DNA of 64,000 nt from positions 1 through 64,000 of the forward strand of contig CAXHJY010001125.1 in NCBI GenBank assembly GCA_964016885.1, read 5' to 3'. Origin of the DNA: Eledone cirrhosa. Its lineage: Eukaryota. The notes under the pieces were generated by a model. That model was not told the DNA's origin. It was given only the letters and a program-made list of their open reading frames with translations, and did not search any database. This document shows, piece by piece, positions 26,115 through 39,610 of this stretch. The translations under genes and the position numbers were made by a program. Each line of letters begins with the position of its first letter. The stretch's first letter is position 1.

Positions 26115-26204
26115 GTTTAGAAGGTTCTTATTTAAATAAAAATCCTCCAACAATTTTATACAGGGTAAGTCATAAGTAAGCGAGAAGTCCAACATTTATT
26201 TATA

Positions 26205-26293
26205 CGGCTGAGCTCCGGCCGTTTCGACAGCTAGATCCAGTTCGGATCTACCTGTCGAAACGGCCGGAGCTCAGCCGCCGGGGTCATGACTCT

Positions 26294-26297
<4 letters not shown>
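26205..26297. mobile_element. Family A variant reduced to a fold-back palindrome
   Basis: cggctgagctccggccgtttcgacagctagatcc-agttc-ggatctacctgtcgaaacggccggagctcagccg. Confidence 0.8.
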
Positions 26298-26329
<32 letters not shown>

Positions 26330-26764
26330 CTTTTTGTTATGTTACAAATACCATCTTGATAATTGAAATAATTTTAGTAAAATCCTCCCAAAATTCTTCT
26401 TTGATTAATAAAATAAAAAGTATTTTATCAGAAATATGTTAACAAAACAATTTCCCATTTAATTGTATTTATTTACATACCAGAAGACAGGAAAAAGAAC
26501 TTTGAGGTATGGAGGGGTGTGAGGATAGATATATAATGGAAAGAGGGTGGAAGAAGTCGGGAGAGAGGAATTTCTACACTCTTGCTTAGGAAGTACATCT
26601 CATCTGCGTTCTGCGTACAAGATGGCGGAAGGATTGCCGCGGAGAACAGCCAGCGATAACCGACGTCTCAGGCACTCCACACACCCCATGCTCTTTCTTC
26701 AGACGTGACACTCTCTCACGATTTGGTTTAAAATGGCCGTTCAGTCCAGGGATGAAAGACCCAA

Positions 26765-26943
26765 GCTCGTATCCTTGGCAGTGGAGACTTCTGGTGTCCT
26801 CGGCCCTAGGGCTACCTCCCTACTCACCAGCATAGGCGCCGAGCTGGCCAGCCGCAGTTGTGAGCCTCGCGAGTTGGAATGGCTCTTCCAGCGTGTCTCC
26901 CTTGCCGTCCTCCGGGGAAACGCCTTCTCCATTCTGTCCGCCA
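26765..26943 (+). mobile_element. CRE-type retrotransposon 3' fragment
   Basis: LAVETSGVLGPRATSLLTSIGAELASRSCEPRELEWLFQRVSLAVLRGNAFSIL, with the QR.S.A..RGNA terminal motif; similar to 4670-4818. Confidence 0.85.
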
Positions 26944-26982
26944 TTCAGTCAACATGAACACATAGATATAAATAAATAAAGG

Positions 26983-27198
26983 ATCGATCGACTTTCGTCA
27001 AATCAGACCGAGGAAACAATGTTTCCGTCGGTCTTTCCAGTTGCTAATACTATCTATAGGTCGCAACTCCAGGTAGAAGGAGCAACGTGAAATAAAGTGT
27101 CTTGCTCAAGGACATTACGCATCGCCCGGTCCAGGAATCGAACTCACAAACTCAAGATTGTGAATCCAATTCTCTAGCCATTCAGCCACACGCCTTCA
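26983..27198 (-). mobile_element. SINE family 2, variant tail
   Basis: Near-identical to 11140-11355. Confidence 0.85.
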
Positions 27199-27587
27199 CT
27201 ATATATATATGTTCAATGTGCTTTAAGAGCTGATATATTACTTAATTATGTTCATACACGGAACAAACAGAATCTCAATAGTAACCAGCAGTAAAAAGAA
27301 ACGATCTGTCAAACCCGGTATTTGTTGGTCGTCTAAAACAGCAAATCCCAAACTTTTTACTATTGCAGCCAATTTTAACAAATCAATAACCCCACTCCCA
27401 CCTTCACCCGCCCACCCTGTTTTATATTAAACAACAACAATAACAACAGGTACATTAACATTTAACCCCTTTCATACTAAACTGCCTGGAACCATCACAG
27501 GTTCTGCAACACAAAGCTGCTTGTTTTAAAATGGTTATTTTTTTTATCTAAAAAAACGTATATAATTTTATGTAAGAACCTTTAAGT

Positions 27588-27765
27588 TGTTTCTAATTTA
27601 GGCACAAGGCCAGCAATTACCCCAGTACATTACTGGTGCTTTATTTTATCGACCTCGTGAGGACGAAAGGCAAAGTTAACTTCGACAGGATATGAACTCA
27701 AACCGTAAAGGGCCATGACTCTATACTGCAAAGCATCGCGTCCTACCCTCTACCGTTATTGCCTA
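27588..27765 (-). mobile_element. SINE family 1
   Basis: Reverse complement of the family-1 sequence. Confidence 0.85.
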
Positions 27766-28139
27766 ACAATGAGGAAGTTATATTACTAAATGTCTTCAAT
27801 TTTTTTTCATTATTTGAAAATCCTTTGAAAATTCTTTGAAAATCCTTTGAAAAGTCTTTGAACCTTATAAGCTGTGTTTCATTAGAAATATTTTAAGGAA
27901 AAGGTTAATGCCTTTTCTTGGTGATTCCTCAGAGTTAACAATAAATGTTATCTTATAATCCTTATGTTTGTCGTTTATTGTATTCATTTGACATTTCATC
28001 AAATATTTCAAAAGAAAAAGATTTTGTCTTTGTGACCTTTTCACAAAGATACTGTGACCCACAAGTTGTAATCTACTGCTTGCTCTAAACATTCTTTTAC
28101 TAGCCTTTTGTTGCTATCATTGTTATCGACCTCGTTAGG

Positions 28140-28408
28140 GCAGCGATAGATTGGCAGAATCGGCAGAGCATCGAACACCATGCTTTGCAGCATATAGTTA
28201 CGCCCCTTTACGCATTTGGTCCGACGCTCTACCGATACTGCCAATCTATCAGCATCGATAAAATAATTGTTTCTACTTTTAGCGGTCTGAGTTCAAATCC
28301 AGCCGAGGTTAACTTTGCCTTTCATCCTTACGGGGGGTCGATAAAATAAAGTACCAGTAATGTACTGGGATAATTGCTGGCCTCGTGCCAAAAGTAGAAA
28401 CCATTACT
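28140..28408 (+). mobile_element. SINE family 1 with internal inverted duplication of its head
   Basis: 28145-28176 pairs with 28219-28250; the body resumes near 28285. Confidence 0.8.
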
Positions 28409-28504
28409 ACCGACCACGTAAGAATGACAGTTTGACATGCTTGAGTTAACCCTTCCCCCCAAAAATGTTTCTGAATTAGAAACAATTCTATTATAGTATA
28501 GGAC

Positions 28505-28624
28505 GTTTACGGCCATATCTCGTTGAAGAAACCGGTTCTCGTCCGATCACCGAAGTTAAGCAACGTCGAGCCTAATTAGTACTTAGATGGGTGACCGCTT
28601 GGGAACCCTAGGTGCTGTAAGTAT
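28505..28624 (+). rRNA. 5S rRNA gene or recent pseudogene, solitary copy
   Basis: gtttacggccatatc...ccggttctcgtccgatcaccgaagttaagcaacgtcgagcc...tagtacttagatgggtgaccgcttgggaa..ggtgctgtaag; 120 nt; terminal helix pairs; T4 at 28629-32. Confidence 0.92.
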
Positions 28625-28634
28625 TTACTTTTGG

Positions 28635-28700
28635 CGATTTAATCGGCTTTCCCCCTCGCCCAAAATTGCTGGCCTTGTGCCTATATAAGAAACCATTATA
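28635..28700 (+). mobile_element. SINE family 1 3' tail abutting the 5S copy
   Basis: gatttaatcggctttccc..cccaaaattgctggccttgtgcctatataagaaacc. Confidence 0.8.
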
Positions 28701-28981
28701 GCAGGACGTAAGAATAGAAGTATGTAATGTCCTGTAGTAGCACAGATGTTAAATCGAAGATAACCTTTTTTAGAAAGATTCTTCGGCAGCAACGAAAATC
28801 TGAATTCATATCCCAGGATCTTTGGTGAAATAATACCATTAGTACCATTGTAACTCACACACACACACACACTGATACACACACACTGATACACACACAC
28901 ACACAGACACACACACACACACACACACACACACTGATACACACACACTGATACACACACACTGATACACACACACACACT

Positions 28982-29026
<45 letters not shown>

Positions 29027-29345
29027 GCTGACACACACACACACTGACACACACACACATTGACACCATTGCAACTCTTTCTCTCTCTCTCTTTCTCAAA
29101 CACACACACTGGCACCATCACAGCTCACACACACTGACACACACACCATCGCAACACACACACACACACACCATCGCAACACACACACACACTCACACAC
29201 ACACACACCATCGCAACACACACACACACACACACACACACATACCATTGCAACACACACACTTGTTACACAACAAGTTATCTTCCACTCGCTGATGAGA
29301 TTACATGAATTGTACGGAGGAATCTTTGAGTATGAGAAGAATTCT

Positions 29346-29382
<37 letters not shown>

Positions 29383-29391
29383 CGTATATAT

Positions 29392-29482
29392 ATTTGCCTT
29401 TCATCCTTACGGGGTCGATAAAATAAAGTACCAGTAATGCACTGGGTTATTGCTGGCCTTGTGCCTAAAGTAGAAACAATTA
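29392..29482 (+). mobile_element. SINE family 1, 3' half
   Basis: Central box and tail match family 1. Confidence 0.85.
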
Positions 29483-29515
29483 TATATATATATACATGTG
29501 TGTGTGCATGCGATC

Positions 29516-29579
<64 letters not shown>

Positions 29580-29718
29580 CATGTGTGTGTGTATGCAATC
29601 TATATATTATATATATATATGTGTGTGTGTGTATATATATATATGTGTGTGTGTGTATGTACGTGTATATATATATATATATATTATATACATGTGTGTG
29701 TGTATGCAATCTATATAT

Positions 29719-29753
<35 letters not shown>

Positions 29754-29839
29754 ATATATGTATGTGTGTGTGTATGTACGTGTATATATATATATATATA
29801 TATTATATATACATGTGTGTGTGCATGCAATCTATATAT

Positions 29840-29870
<31 letters not shown>

Positions 29871-30068
29871 ATATATGTATGTGTGTGTGTATGTACGTGT
29901 ATATATATATATATTATATATACATGTGTGTGTGCATGCAATCTATATATTATATATATATATATGTATATATTATATATACATGTGTGTGTGTATGCAA
30001 TCTATATATTATATATATATATATGTATATATTATATATACATGTGTGTGTGCATGCAATCTATATAT

Positions 30069-30163
<95 letters not shown>

Positions 30164-30274
30164 ACGTGTATATATATATATATAGGGAGTGTAACGTGTA
30201 ATGACTGTAGTTTCACCCGAGTGAGAACTCGATGCGTAGTTTCCTGTCTCTCTCTCGCTCTCTCTCTCTCTATA

Positions 30275-30339
<65 letters not shown>

Positions 30340-30398
30340 ACGTATGTAATCTATATATTATATATTTACATGTATGTATGTATGTATGTATGTATGTA

Positions 30399-30473
<75 letters not shown>

Positions 30474-30717
30474 GTGTGTGTGTACAAACGGTAAGATAAC
30501 CGGCGAGGATTTCATTAAAACAGAAGACAACAAGATGGAGGGAGGTGAGGAATTCAGCCGTGACTGAGAGTGGAAGAGAAATACCAACCAATCAATGGAG
30601 ATCGAATATCGAACGACAAGTTAGAAATATATAAAGTTAATAAATAAATATATAACGTAACGTAACAAGTTGCAGACGGTCTTCTGTTTCAAACATTTCT
30701 TCTTCACATGTATGTAT

Positions 30718-30765
<48 letters not shown>

Positions 30766-31292
30766 GTGCATATATACATATATATATATATATACATGCA
30801 TGCATATATACATATATATATATATATATATACATACATGCATATATACATATATATATATATACATACATGCATGCATATATACATATATATATATACA
30901 TGCATATATATATACAATATGTGCATATATACATATATATATGTACATGCATGCATATATATGCATACACGCATATATATACACACACATGTGCATATAT
31001 ACATATATATATACATGCATGCATATATACATACATGTATGCATAAATACATACATGCACATATACATACATGCATATATACATGAATGCATGGATATAT
31101 TCATACATGTATATATAATACATATATGCACATATTCATACATACACGCATATATACATACATGTATATATACATGCATGCATATATACATACATATATA
31201 CACATATATATATACATGCACATATACATACATGCATCCATATATACATACATGCATGCATATATACATACATGTGTATATATATATAGTGA

Positions 31293-31342
<50 letters not shown>

Positions 31343-31527
31343 ATATATACATAGAAGCATATATACATACATGCATATATGCATACATCCATATAAACAT
31401 ACACACACAATGTGTTGCATGCATCCATAGATACATACACAATGTATTGCATGCATACGTACGTACGTACATACATACATACATACATACATACATACAT
31501 ACATACATACATACATACATACATACA

Positions 31528-31559
<32 letters not shown>

Positions 31560-32200
31560 AATACACAATGTGTTGCATGCATACATACATACGCAATGTG
31601 TTGCATGCATGCATACATACATACATTCATACATACATACATACATACATACACAATGTGTTGCATACATACATACATAATGTATTGAAGACAAACATAC
31701 ATAAATGCACCCAGACAATGTATTACACACATACATACACACACATACATTCACACACATACATACATACACACACACACATACACTGACATAGACGCAC
31801 ACACACACACATAAATCTACCCAGACAATGTATTGCAAGCATACACACACTCAGACATATACACACACACACACGCGCACGTACACACACACACACACAC
31901 TCACACACCCTCACACATAAACACACCCGCACATACACTTACCCTCAAACACCCCCCCCCTCACACCCTAACGCAGACACTCACACGCACGCACGTACAC
32001 ACACACGTACACACACACGCCCTAACACACACACTCACACCCTCACATACACACACGTGCACACACACCCTCACACACACACACCCTCACACCCTAACAC
32101 ACACCCTAACACACCCTAACACACCCTAACACGCCCTCACACACACACACGTACACACACACCCTCACACCCTAACACACACCCCCTCACGTACACACAG
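29483..32200. repeat. Compound TA/TG/TACA/CA microsatellite field with short unique islands
   Basis: Low-complexity tracts visible directly. Confidence 0.85.
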
Positions 32201-32374
32201 CCAGACACCACAGTTCTATATGTTGCTATATAACAGTAGCCTGGCAGCCACATTGATTTCCCTACAAAACCTTATCACGACAACTCTACAATAGAGAGAC
32301 AGGCGACTTTATTATCATTATTGTTATTATTATTAAACCATCTTCGTCATTATTATAATTATTCAATCATCATT

Positions 32375-32421
32375 ATCAGTAGTAGTAGTAGTAGTAATGG
32401 TGGTGGTGGTGGTGATGGTGT

Positions 32422-32453
<32 letters not shown>

Positions 32454-32585
32454 ATGGTGGTGGTGATGGTGATGGTGTTGGTGGTAGTAGTAGTAGTAGT
32501 GGTGGTGGTGTTGATGGTGTTGGTGGTAGTAGTAGTAGTAGTAATGGTGGTGGTGGTGTTGATGGTGTTGGTGGTAGTGGTGATG

Positions 32586-32624
<39 letters not shown>

Positions 32625-32955
32625 ATGGTGTTGGTGGTAGTGGTGATGGTGTTGGTGGTAGTAGTAGTAGTAGTAGTTGTTGTGGTGGTAGAGGTGGTAG
32701 TAGTAGTTGCAGTGGTGGTGGGTGTAGTGGTAGTAGTAGTAGTAGTAGTAGTAGTAGACGGCGGCGGCGGCAAGAAGAGCAGCAGCAATGACAGCAGCAG
32801 CAGCAATAACAGCAGCAGCAATAATAACAGCAGCAGCAGCAATAACAGCAGCAGCAGTAATAACAGCAGCAGCAGCAATAACAGCAGCAGCAATGACAGC
32901 AGCAGCAGCAATAACAGCAGAACCACCACCACCACCACCACCACCACCAGCAGCA
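32375..32955. repeat. Trinucleotide tract (AGT/GGT, then CAG/AAT, then ACC)
   Basis: Visible directly; accounts for the poly-S/G/V/A ORFs. Confidence 0.9.
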
Positions 32956-33655
32956 GAGACTAGTGACGAAGTAGTGCAATATCATTAGACGTACGTAATA
33001 ATAGAACGAGAGTCAGTCACGTTGACTGATTCTAGTAGACTCTTGCAGCCATCATTATCCAACGTCTGCAAGCAACAGCATTACAGGCAATACAGACAAA
33101 ACTGTAAGATATAGAATTGTATGCATATATTTTGAATAAAAAATCTTCAAACAGACGACAATATTCATTTGTACATCACTTTCAATGAAAATCTTCAACT
33201 AGGAGATAATATTCAATGAAAAATAGACAATAGTATACCTGCATGTAAGATATATAATTTGCTGCATACATTTTGGAAATAAATTTCAACTAGGAAACAA
33301 TACTCATTAAAATATATATACAATAGTATTTATGCATATATATATATATATATATGCAATAGTATTTTTGCATGTATATATACATATACAATAGTATTTT
33401 TGCATGTATATATACATATACAATAGTATTTATGCATATATATATATATATATGCGATAGTATTTTTGCATATATATATATATATATATGCAATAGTATT
33501 TTTGCATGTATATATATATATATACAATAGTATTTTTGCATGTATATATATACAATAGTATTTATGCATTTATATATATACAATAGTATTTATGCATTTA
33601 TATATATATACAATAGTATTTATGCATTTATATATATATACAATAGTATTTATGC

Positions 33656-33691
<36 letters not shown>

Positions 33692-33696
<5 letters not shown>

Positions 33697-33891
33697 AACG
33701 AGTAGGACCCCGACGGCTGAGCTCAAGCCCTTTCGACGGCTAATTCTGGACTCATGTCTAGAATTAGCCGTCGAAACAGCTTGAGCTCAGCCGTCAGGGT
33801 CCTACTCGTTCCTATTACCCACTCTACTACCCTAAGTATTGAGTATTTTTGCGTTATGGTCTAACTGGTTCCTTACCACATTTCCTTCGTT
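33692..33891 (+). mobile_element. Family A with fold-back palindrome (33692-33814)
   Basis: Inverted arm joined at ctggactcatgtctag; (TA)n on both sides. Confidence 0.85.
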
Positions 33892-34661
33892 ATATATATA
33901 TATATATATATATACAATAGAATTTATGCATGTAAGCTATAGAAACTAGTTGCATACATTTGTAATCGAAATCTTCAACTAGGAAACAACATTCATTCAA
34001 AAACATACAACAGCGTGTATATATGTATTGACCTGATGGAGTCGTAGGGAGGGGTGTGTGATATATGGCCTGGCAGTGCTCATCACTCATCAGATAAGAA
34101 TTTATTACATAAGCAATTGGACTTTGAAATATAGTTAAACGTTTGACTTCTGTTCAAACGAAGGCAGTGTGATGTGGTGGTGGTGGTGGTGGTGGTTGTA
34201 GAGGTAGTGATAGTGTTGGTGTTGTTGGTGGTAATGATAGCTGTTTTGATGATAGAATTACGGGACTATCACATGACATCCCACATGACCAGAGAGATTC
34301 TCTCGGTTTCAACTTCAACTTAGAGGATTTTAATTCCATTTCATTAGGTCAGACAAAACAATTATTAAGATATTTCATTGTGACATCAAATCGAAATGTC
34401 AACTCCTGTAAATATCCCAAGTACCATCAGATAATTAGTACAAAGTGTCTCTCTTTACATTCCATTGGATCAAACAGTTCAACTTTCAGTCATTTTTCTT
34501 TCTCATACAACAGTCGGACATTATCATCTGCTATCGTTTTACTGTTGTCCTATTTTCGTTGTTTCTAAATCATCGCCATCCTCGGTCCGATTTGACGAAA
34601 ACGTCGATCGACTGTCTCTCTCTATATATATATAGAGACTTATGAGTGCAGAAGCCTGTCG

Positions 34662-34692
<31 letters not shown>

Positions 34693-35130
34693 AAATGGGG
34701 AGAAGAATACTGCAGGTTGCACATGGATAACATGTTATAAAATGAGTCCCTCATCAGTGATTTGCCAACGATCATAGATATTTCATTGCATTAAAAATCA
34801 TATACCTCACGTTGGTGCAATAATAACTAAATTAAGTTATTAGGACAATATATATATATATATACGACAGGCTTCTGCACTCATATGTATATACGTAAGT
34901 GTGTGCGTGTGTGGGTCGGGCTATATCTTCTTCTCTGACGACACATGATGGTGGGTAGTAGACTTAATCACCACTCCCGGGGCTCTGGTTCCTTCAGAGT
35001 TCCGGTCTCATGATAACTGTTATCCTTCTTTACACCAAGTCTCGAAAACACTGAAAAATGTCTTCAGTGTTGTCCATCCTTTTCGATAAAAAAACAATTA
35101 AATAGACTGTGTATATGTGTGTGTGTATTC

Positions 35131-35235
<105 letters not shown>

Positions 35236-35654
35236 TGTGTGTGTGTATATATTGCTATAAAACGCTGTCACACGGATATTCTGTTAGGGAATAGCGTTAG
35301 GAGTACACGTGGCTCTCGAATGCTCAGGCACTTGCATGTTAATTCACGAGCAGGCTATTTCGTTGCTTAAACAACAGGAACGCTCACCGTCTAAACCGAC
35401 AGAAGCCCATTCCGTTCCATGCTATGTTTATAAACAAAAACGCAAATGTGAACTCGGTAGAAATAGTGCGGAAATAGTGTATTAGTATGACACTTGAATA
35501 GACGCCCCTGCAGTACTTGCAGTCAACTAGTGACCATTAGTAACTTCCTCTTTTCTGAGACTAATTAGTGAAGTTGAAGACCAAATCTCAGCTAAGGTTC
35601 AGTTTACACAGGCAATTATCAGCTAACGGCAATACGAAGTGATTTGTGTCACAA

Positions 35655-36132
35655 GTGACCTTCCGTACAGTTGATACTTTCTTTCTACAAACATCAGCTC
35701 ATCTAGGAACTCCATTGACCTTCCGTACAGTTGTTACTTTCTTTCTACAAACATCAGCTCATCTATGAACTCCAGAGGTTTTTCGTACAGTTGATACTTT
35801 GTACAAACATCAGCTCATCTATGAACTCCAGTGGTCCAGTTGATACTTTCTTTGTCCAAACTCCACTGGTCTTCCATACATTTGATACTTCTTCGTACAA
35901 ACATCAGCTCATCTAGGAAGCCCAGTGACCTTCCATATAGTTGATACTTTGTCCAAACCCCAGTGGTCTTCCGTACAGTTGATACTTTGTACAAACCCCA
36001 GTGGTCTTCCATACAGTTGATACTTTGTACAAACCCCAGTGGTCTTCCGTACAGTTGATACGTTGTACAAACCCCAGTGGTCTTCCGTACAGTTGATACT
36101 TTGTACAAACATCAGCTCATGTAGGAACTCTA
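35655..36132. repeat. Composite minisatellite (37-57-bp units with core cttccgtacagttgatacttt)
   Basis: About 10 units. Confidence 0.85.
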
Positions 36133-36249
36133 CTGTCAATCCATGGGCCCTGCAGTCCTGATGAAGTCGCAAGGGACACGTGACTATGGAATGCTCAGTC
36201 ACGTGCAGGTTAATTTGAGAGCTACATTAAGGATATAAGTTTTATTAGT

Positions 36250-36727
36250 ACCTTAGTCTAACTTTAACTCACATAAACCACTATACTAGCACCTATACCC
36301 TAGTCTAACCTTAACTCACAGAGTCCACTATACTAGCACCCATACCCTTGTCTAACCTTAACTCACAGAGACCACTATACTAGCACCCATACCCTTGTCT
36401 AACCTTAACTCACAGAGACCACTATACTAGCACTTATACCCTTGTCTAACCTTAACTCACAGAGACCACTATACTAGCACCCATACCCTTGTCTAACCTT
36501 AACTCACAGAGACCACTGTACTAGCACCCATACCCTTGTCTAACCTTAACTCACAGAGACCACTATACTAGCACCCATACCCTTGTCTAACCTTAACTCA
36601 CAGAGACCACTATATGGCACCTATACCCTAGTCTAACCTTAACTCACAGAGACCACTATACTAGCACCCATACCCTTGTCTAACCTTAACTCACAGAGAC
36701 CACTATACTAGCACCCATACCCTAGTC
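36250..36727. repeat. 47-bp minisatellite; second block at 39263-39476
   Basis: Unit ttgtctaaccttaactcacagagaccactatactagcacccataccc, about 10 plus 4.5 copies. Confidence 0.92.
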
Positions 36728-37138
36728 TTCGGTAGCTAATCTTTCCATTGTTTTTCAGTAATCTAGCCACACCCTGTCATAATTAACTTGACAACACACA
36801 ATGTCGTCTGCTTTACACTTCTGTGGTATACAGACAACACTTCTCGTTTGTTTGATTAATTGGTAAAGAATATGTGTGGTGTGGGTGTGTGTGTGGGTGG
36901 GTGTGTGTTTGTGTTTGTGTGTGGTTGTGTGTGTGTGTGTGGTTGTGTGTGTGTGTGTGTGTGTGTGTGTTTGTGTGTTCGTGTGTGTGTTTGTGTGTTT
37001 GTGTGTGTGTTTGTGTTTGTGTGTGTTTGTGTGAGTGTGTTTGTGTTTGTGTTTGTGTTTGTGTGTGTTTGTGTGAGTGTGTTTGGGTGAGTGTGTTTGT
37101 GTGAGTGTATTTGTGTGTTTGTGTGTGTTTGTGTGTGG

Positions 37139-37187
<49 letters not shown>

Positions 37188-37581
37188 TGTGTGTATGTTT
37201 GTGTGAGTGTGTTTGTGTTTGTGTTTGTGTTTGTGTTTGGGTGAGTGTGTTTGGGTGAGTGTGTTTGGGTGAGTGTGTTTGTGTGAGTGTGTTTGTGTTT
37301 GTGTGTTTGTGTGTTTGTGTGTGTTTGTGTGTGGTTGTGTGTGTGGTTGTGTGTGTGTGTGTGTGTATGTTTGTAGAGAGAGAGAGAGAGAAAAAGTTGG
37401 GTAGATAAACACACACACACATATATAGAGGGAGAGAAACACACCCACCATACATCCATATTCACACACATACACACATCCATATATATACACACATCCA
37501 TATATATACATACATCCATATATACACATATACATATATACATGTACACGCACACGCATCCATATATATATACATACATCC

Positions 37582-37612
<31 letters not shown>

Positions 37613-37768
37613 TCCATATATATAAATACATACATCCCTATATGTACATTCATCCATATACACACACATACACATCCATACATACACACTCACACACACA
37701 CACACCCACACACACACCCATATATATATACATACATAGATCCATACACACACATACATCCATATATA

Positions 37769-37807
<39 letters not shown>

Positions 37808-38122
37808 GCACACATCCATAGCCACACATTGACAGTGGCATGTAAGAAGAGAATGCTACAGTTTAATGTGATTCATGCGAAGTTCAGTAAGATTACATAG
37901 GTAGGAGAAATAACAGCCTGTTAAAAGATAACAGACGATAATTAAAATTGTCAGAAGTGTCTTTATTAAGAAGAGATCGAGGACATTACGATTGTAGTTT
38001 CATACTGTAACATAAAACAGTTGAATGGACGACTAATGGCGAAAGTAAGCCATGTAAAATAATAATAAGAATATTGAGATAAATAAAAAATGTAGTGGTT
38101 TGATAAGCGGGTAAGTGTTAAG

Positions 38123-38149
<27 letters not shown>

Positions 38150-38162
<13 letters not shown>

Positions 38163-38474
38163 TAAACAAATAATGAATAAAACAATGAAACAGTTCCTTA
38201 TATTAAACAAAAAAAGTTCATTATTTAACGATCGTTTCTAGGATATATATGTGTTAGAATTGGCATGCATATTCAACAGATCTATGTACAAAATTATACA
38301 AACTATCAAGATTAAATATACATACCAACACATATATACGCCGTCTTCAGAAATAAATCGTTTATCTTTCACCGAAAGTGATTTTTCATTACATCTCTTC
38401 TTTCCATGATATCCGGAATACATTGAGTTCTTCATACGGATTGGACACTACCGTAAACTCTTGGTAAATTTATC

Positions 38475-38480
<6 letters not shown>
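38150..38480 (-). mobile_element. Family C element with hammerhead motif at 38221-38356
   Basis: ttattt-CTGAAGA-long helix II-GAAAC-GATC-GTT-aaataa; close homolog of 16625-16827; flanked by (TA)n. Confidence 0.7.
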
Positions 38481-38568
<88 letters not shown>

Positions 38569-38659
38569 GACATTGTTTGCTTTCCTGGAATCTAGAAAAT
38601 CCTGGTTTCGATATATTTGTGTTTGTAGGATGGTCAAAGGAGAGAGGTAGAAGAAGGCC

Positions 38660-38816
38660 TATTTAGAATAGTTAATTGCCGGAGCCACTCGAGTAAGGCA
38701 ATTATTTAACCCAGAAATGGGGCCCTAATAAGTACAACTACTCCGGGCCAAAGCAGACCTGGGAGTGATAACAACTAAGGGGTAACTCCACATTCCCCAT
38801 ATATATACACACACAT

Positions 38817-38877
<61 letters not shown>

Positions 38878-39035
38878 TCCAGTCCAGAATTAGCCGTCGA
38901 AACGGCTTGAGCTCAGCCGTCGGGGTCCTACTCGTTCCTATTACCCACTCTACTACCCTAAGTATTGAGTACTTTGGTGCGTTATGGTCCACCTGGTTCC
39001 TTACCACACTTCCTTCGTTATATATATATATATAT

Positions 39036-39077
<42 letters not shown>

Positions 39078-39264
39078 ATGGCATTAAACTGCATCCAGTG
39101 GCAAGGCTCCTCCAGTTCGGGAGTTCAGGAGCTGTGGGAAATGTGTTACTTGTTATCACTCCCAGGTCTGCTTTGGCCCGGAGTAGTTGTACCTGTTAGG
39201 GGCCCATTTATGGGTTAAATAATTGCCTTACTCGAGTGGTTCCGGTAATTAACTATTCTAAATA
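38660..39264. repeat. ~115-bp inverted arms enclosing (TA)n and a family A copy (38881-39019, +)
   Basis: 38660-38774 is the near reverse complement of 39146-39264. Confidence 0.85.
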
Positions 39265-39554
39265 CTAGCACCTATACACTAGTTAAACTTAACTCACATA
39301 AACCACTATACTAGCACCTATACACTAGTTACACTTAACTCACATAAACCACTATACTAGCACCTATACCCTAGTTAAACTTAACTCACATAAACCACTA
39401 TACTAACACCTATACCCTTGTCTAACCTTAACTCACAGAGACCACTATACTAGCACCCATACCCTTGTCTAACCTTATATATATATATAGAGAGAGAGAG
39501 AGATATATAGTGACGAAACATAAGTCAATTGCATGAACTCATAATCCTTTATTT

Positions 39555-39610
39555 ACTGCTATATATATTTCGATGATAGCCATTGTATGGCTATGACCTC
39601 ATCAGGCAGT
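39555..39610 (-). ncRNA. Minimal type I hammerhead ribozyme, core intact
   Basis: actgc-CTGATGA-ggtcatagcca-tacaa-tggctatcatc-GAAA-tatat-ATA-gcagt followed by AATAAA; element ~39488-39675 flanked by TA/GA repeats. Confidence 0.78.

Noticed and set aside
30481-30708. Possible solo LTR (TG...CA with AATAAA)
   Set aside because: Termini merge into TG/CA microsatellites; no TSD or second copy
32085-32135. Telomere-like CCCTAA units
   Set aside because: A 10-bp acaccctaac unit derived from (CA)n, not (TTAGGG)n
32321-32988. Poly-S/G/A ORFs with a nearby plus-strand gtaag
   Set aside because: Pure trinucleotide low complexity with no complex coding sequence; cannot be supported without transcripts
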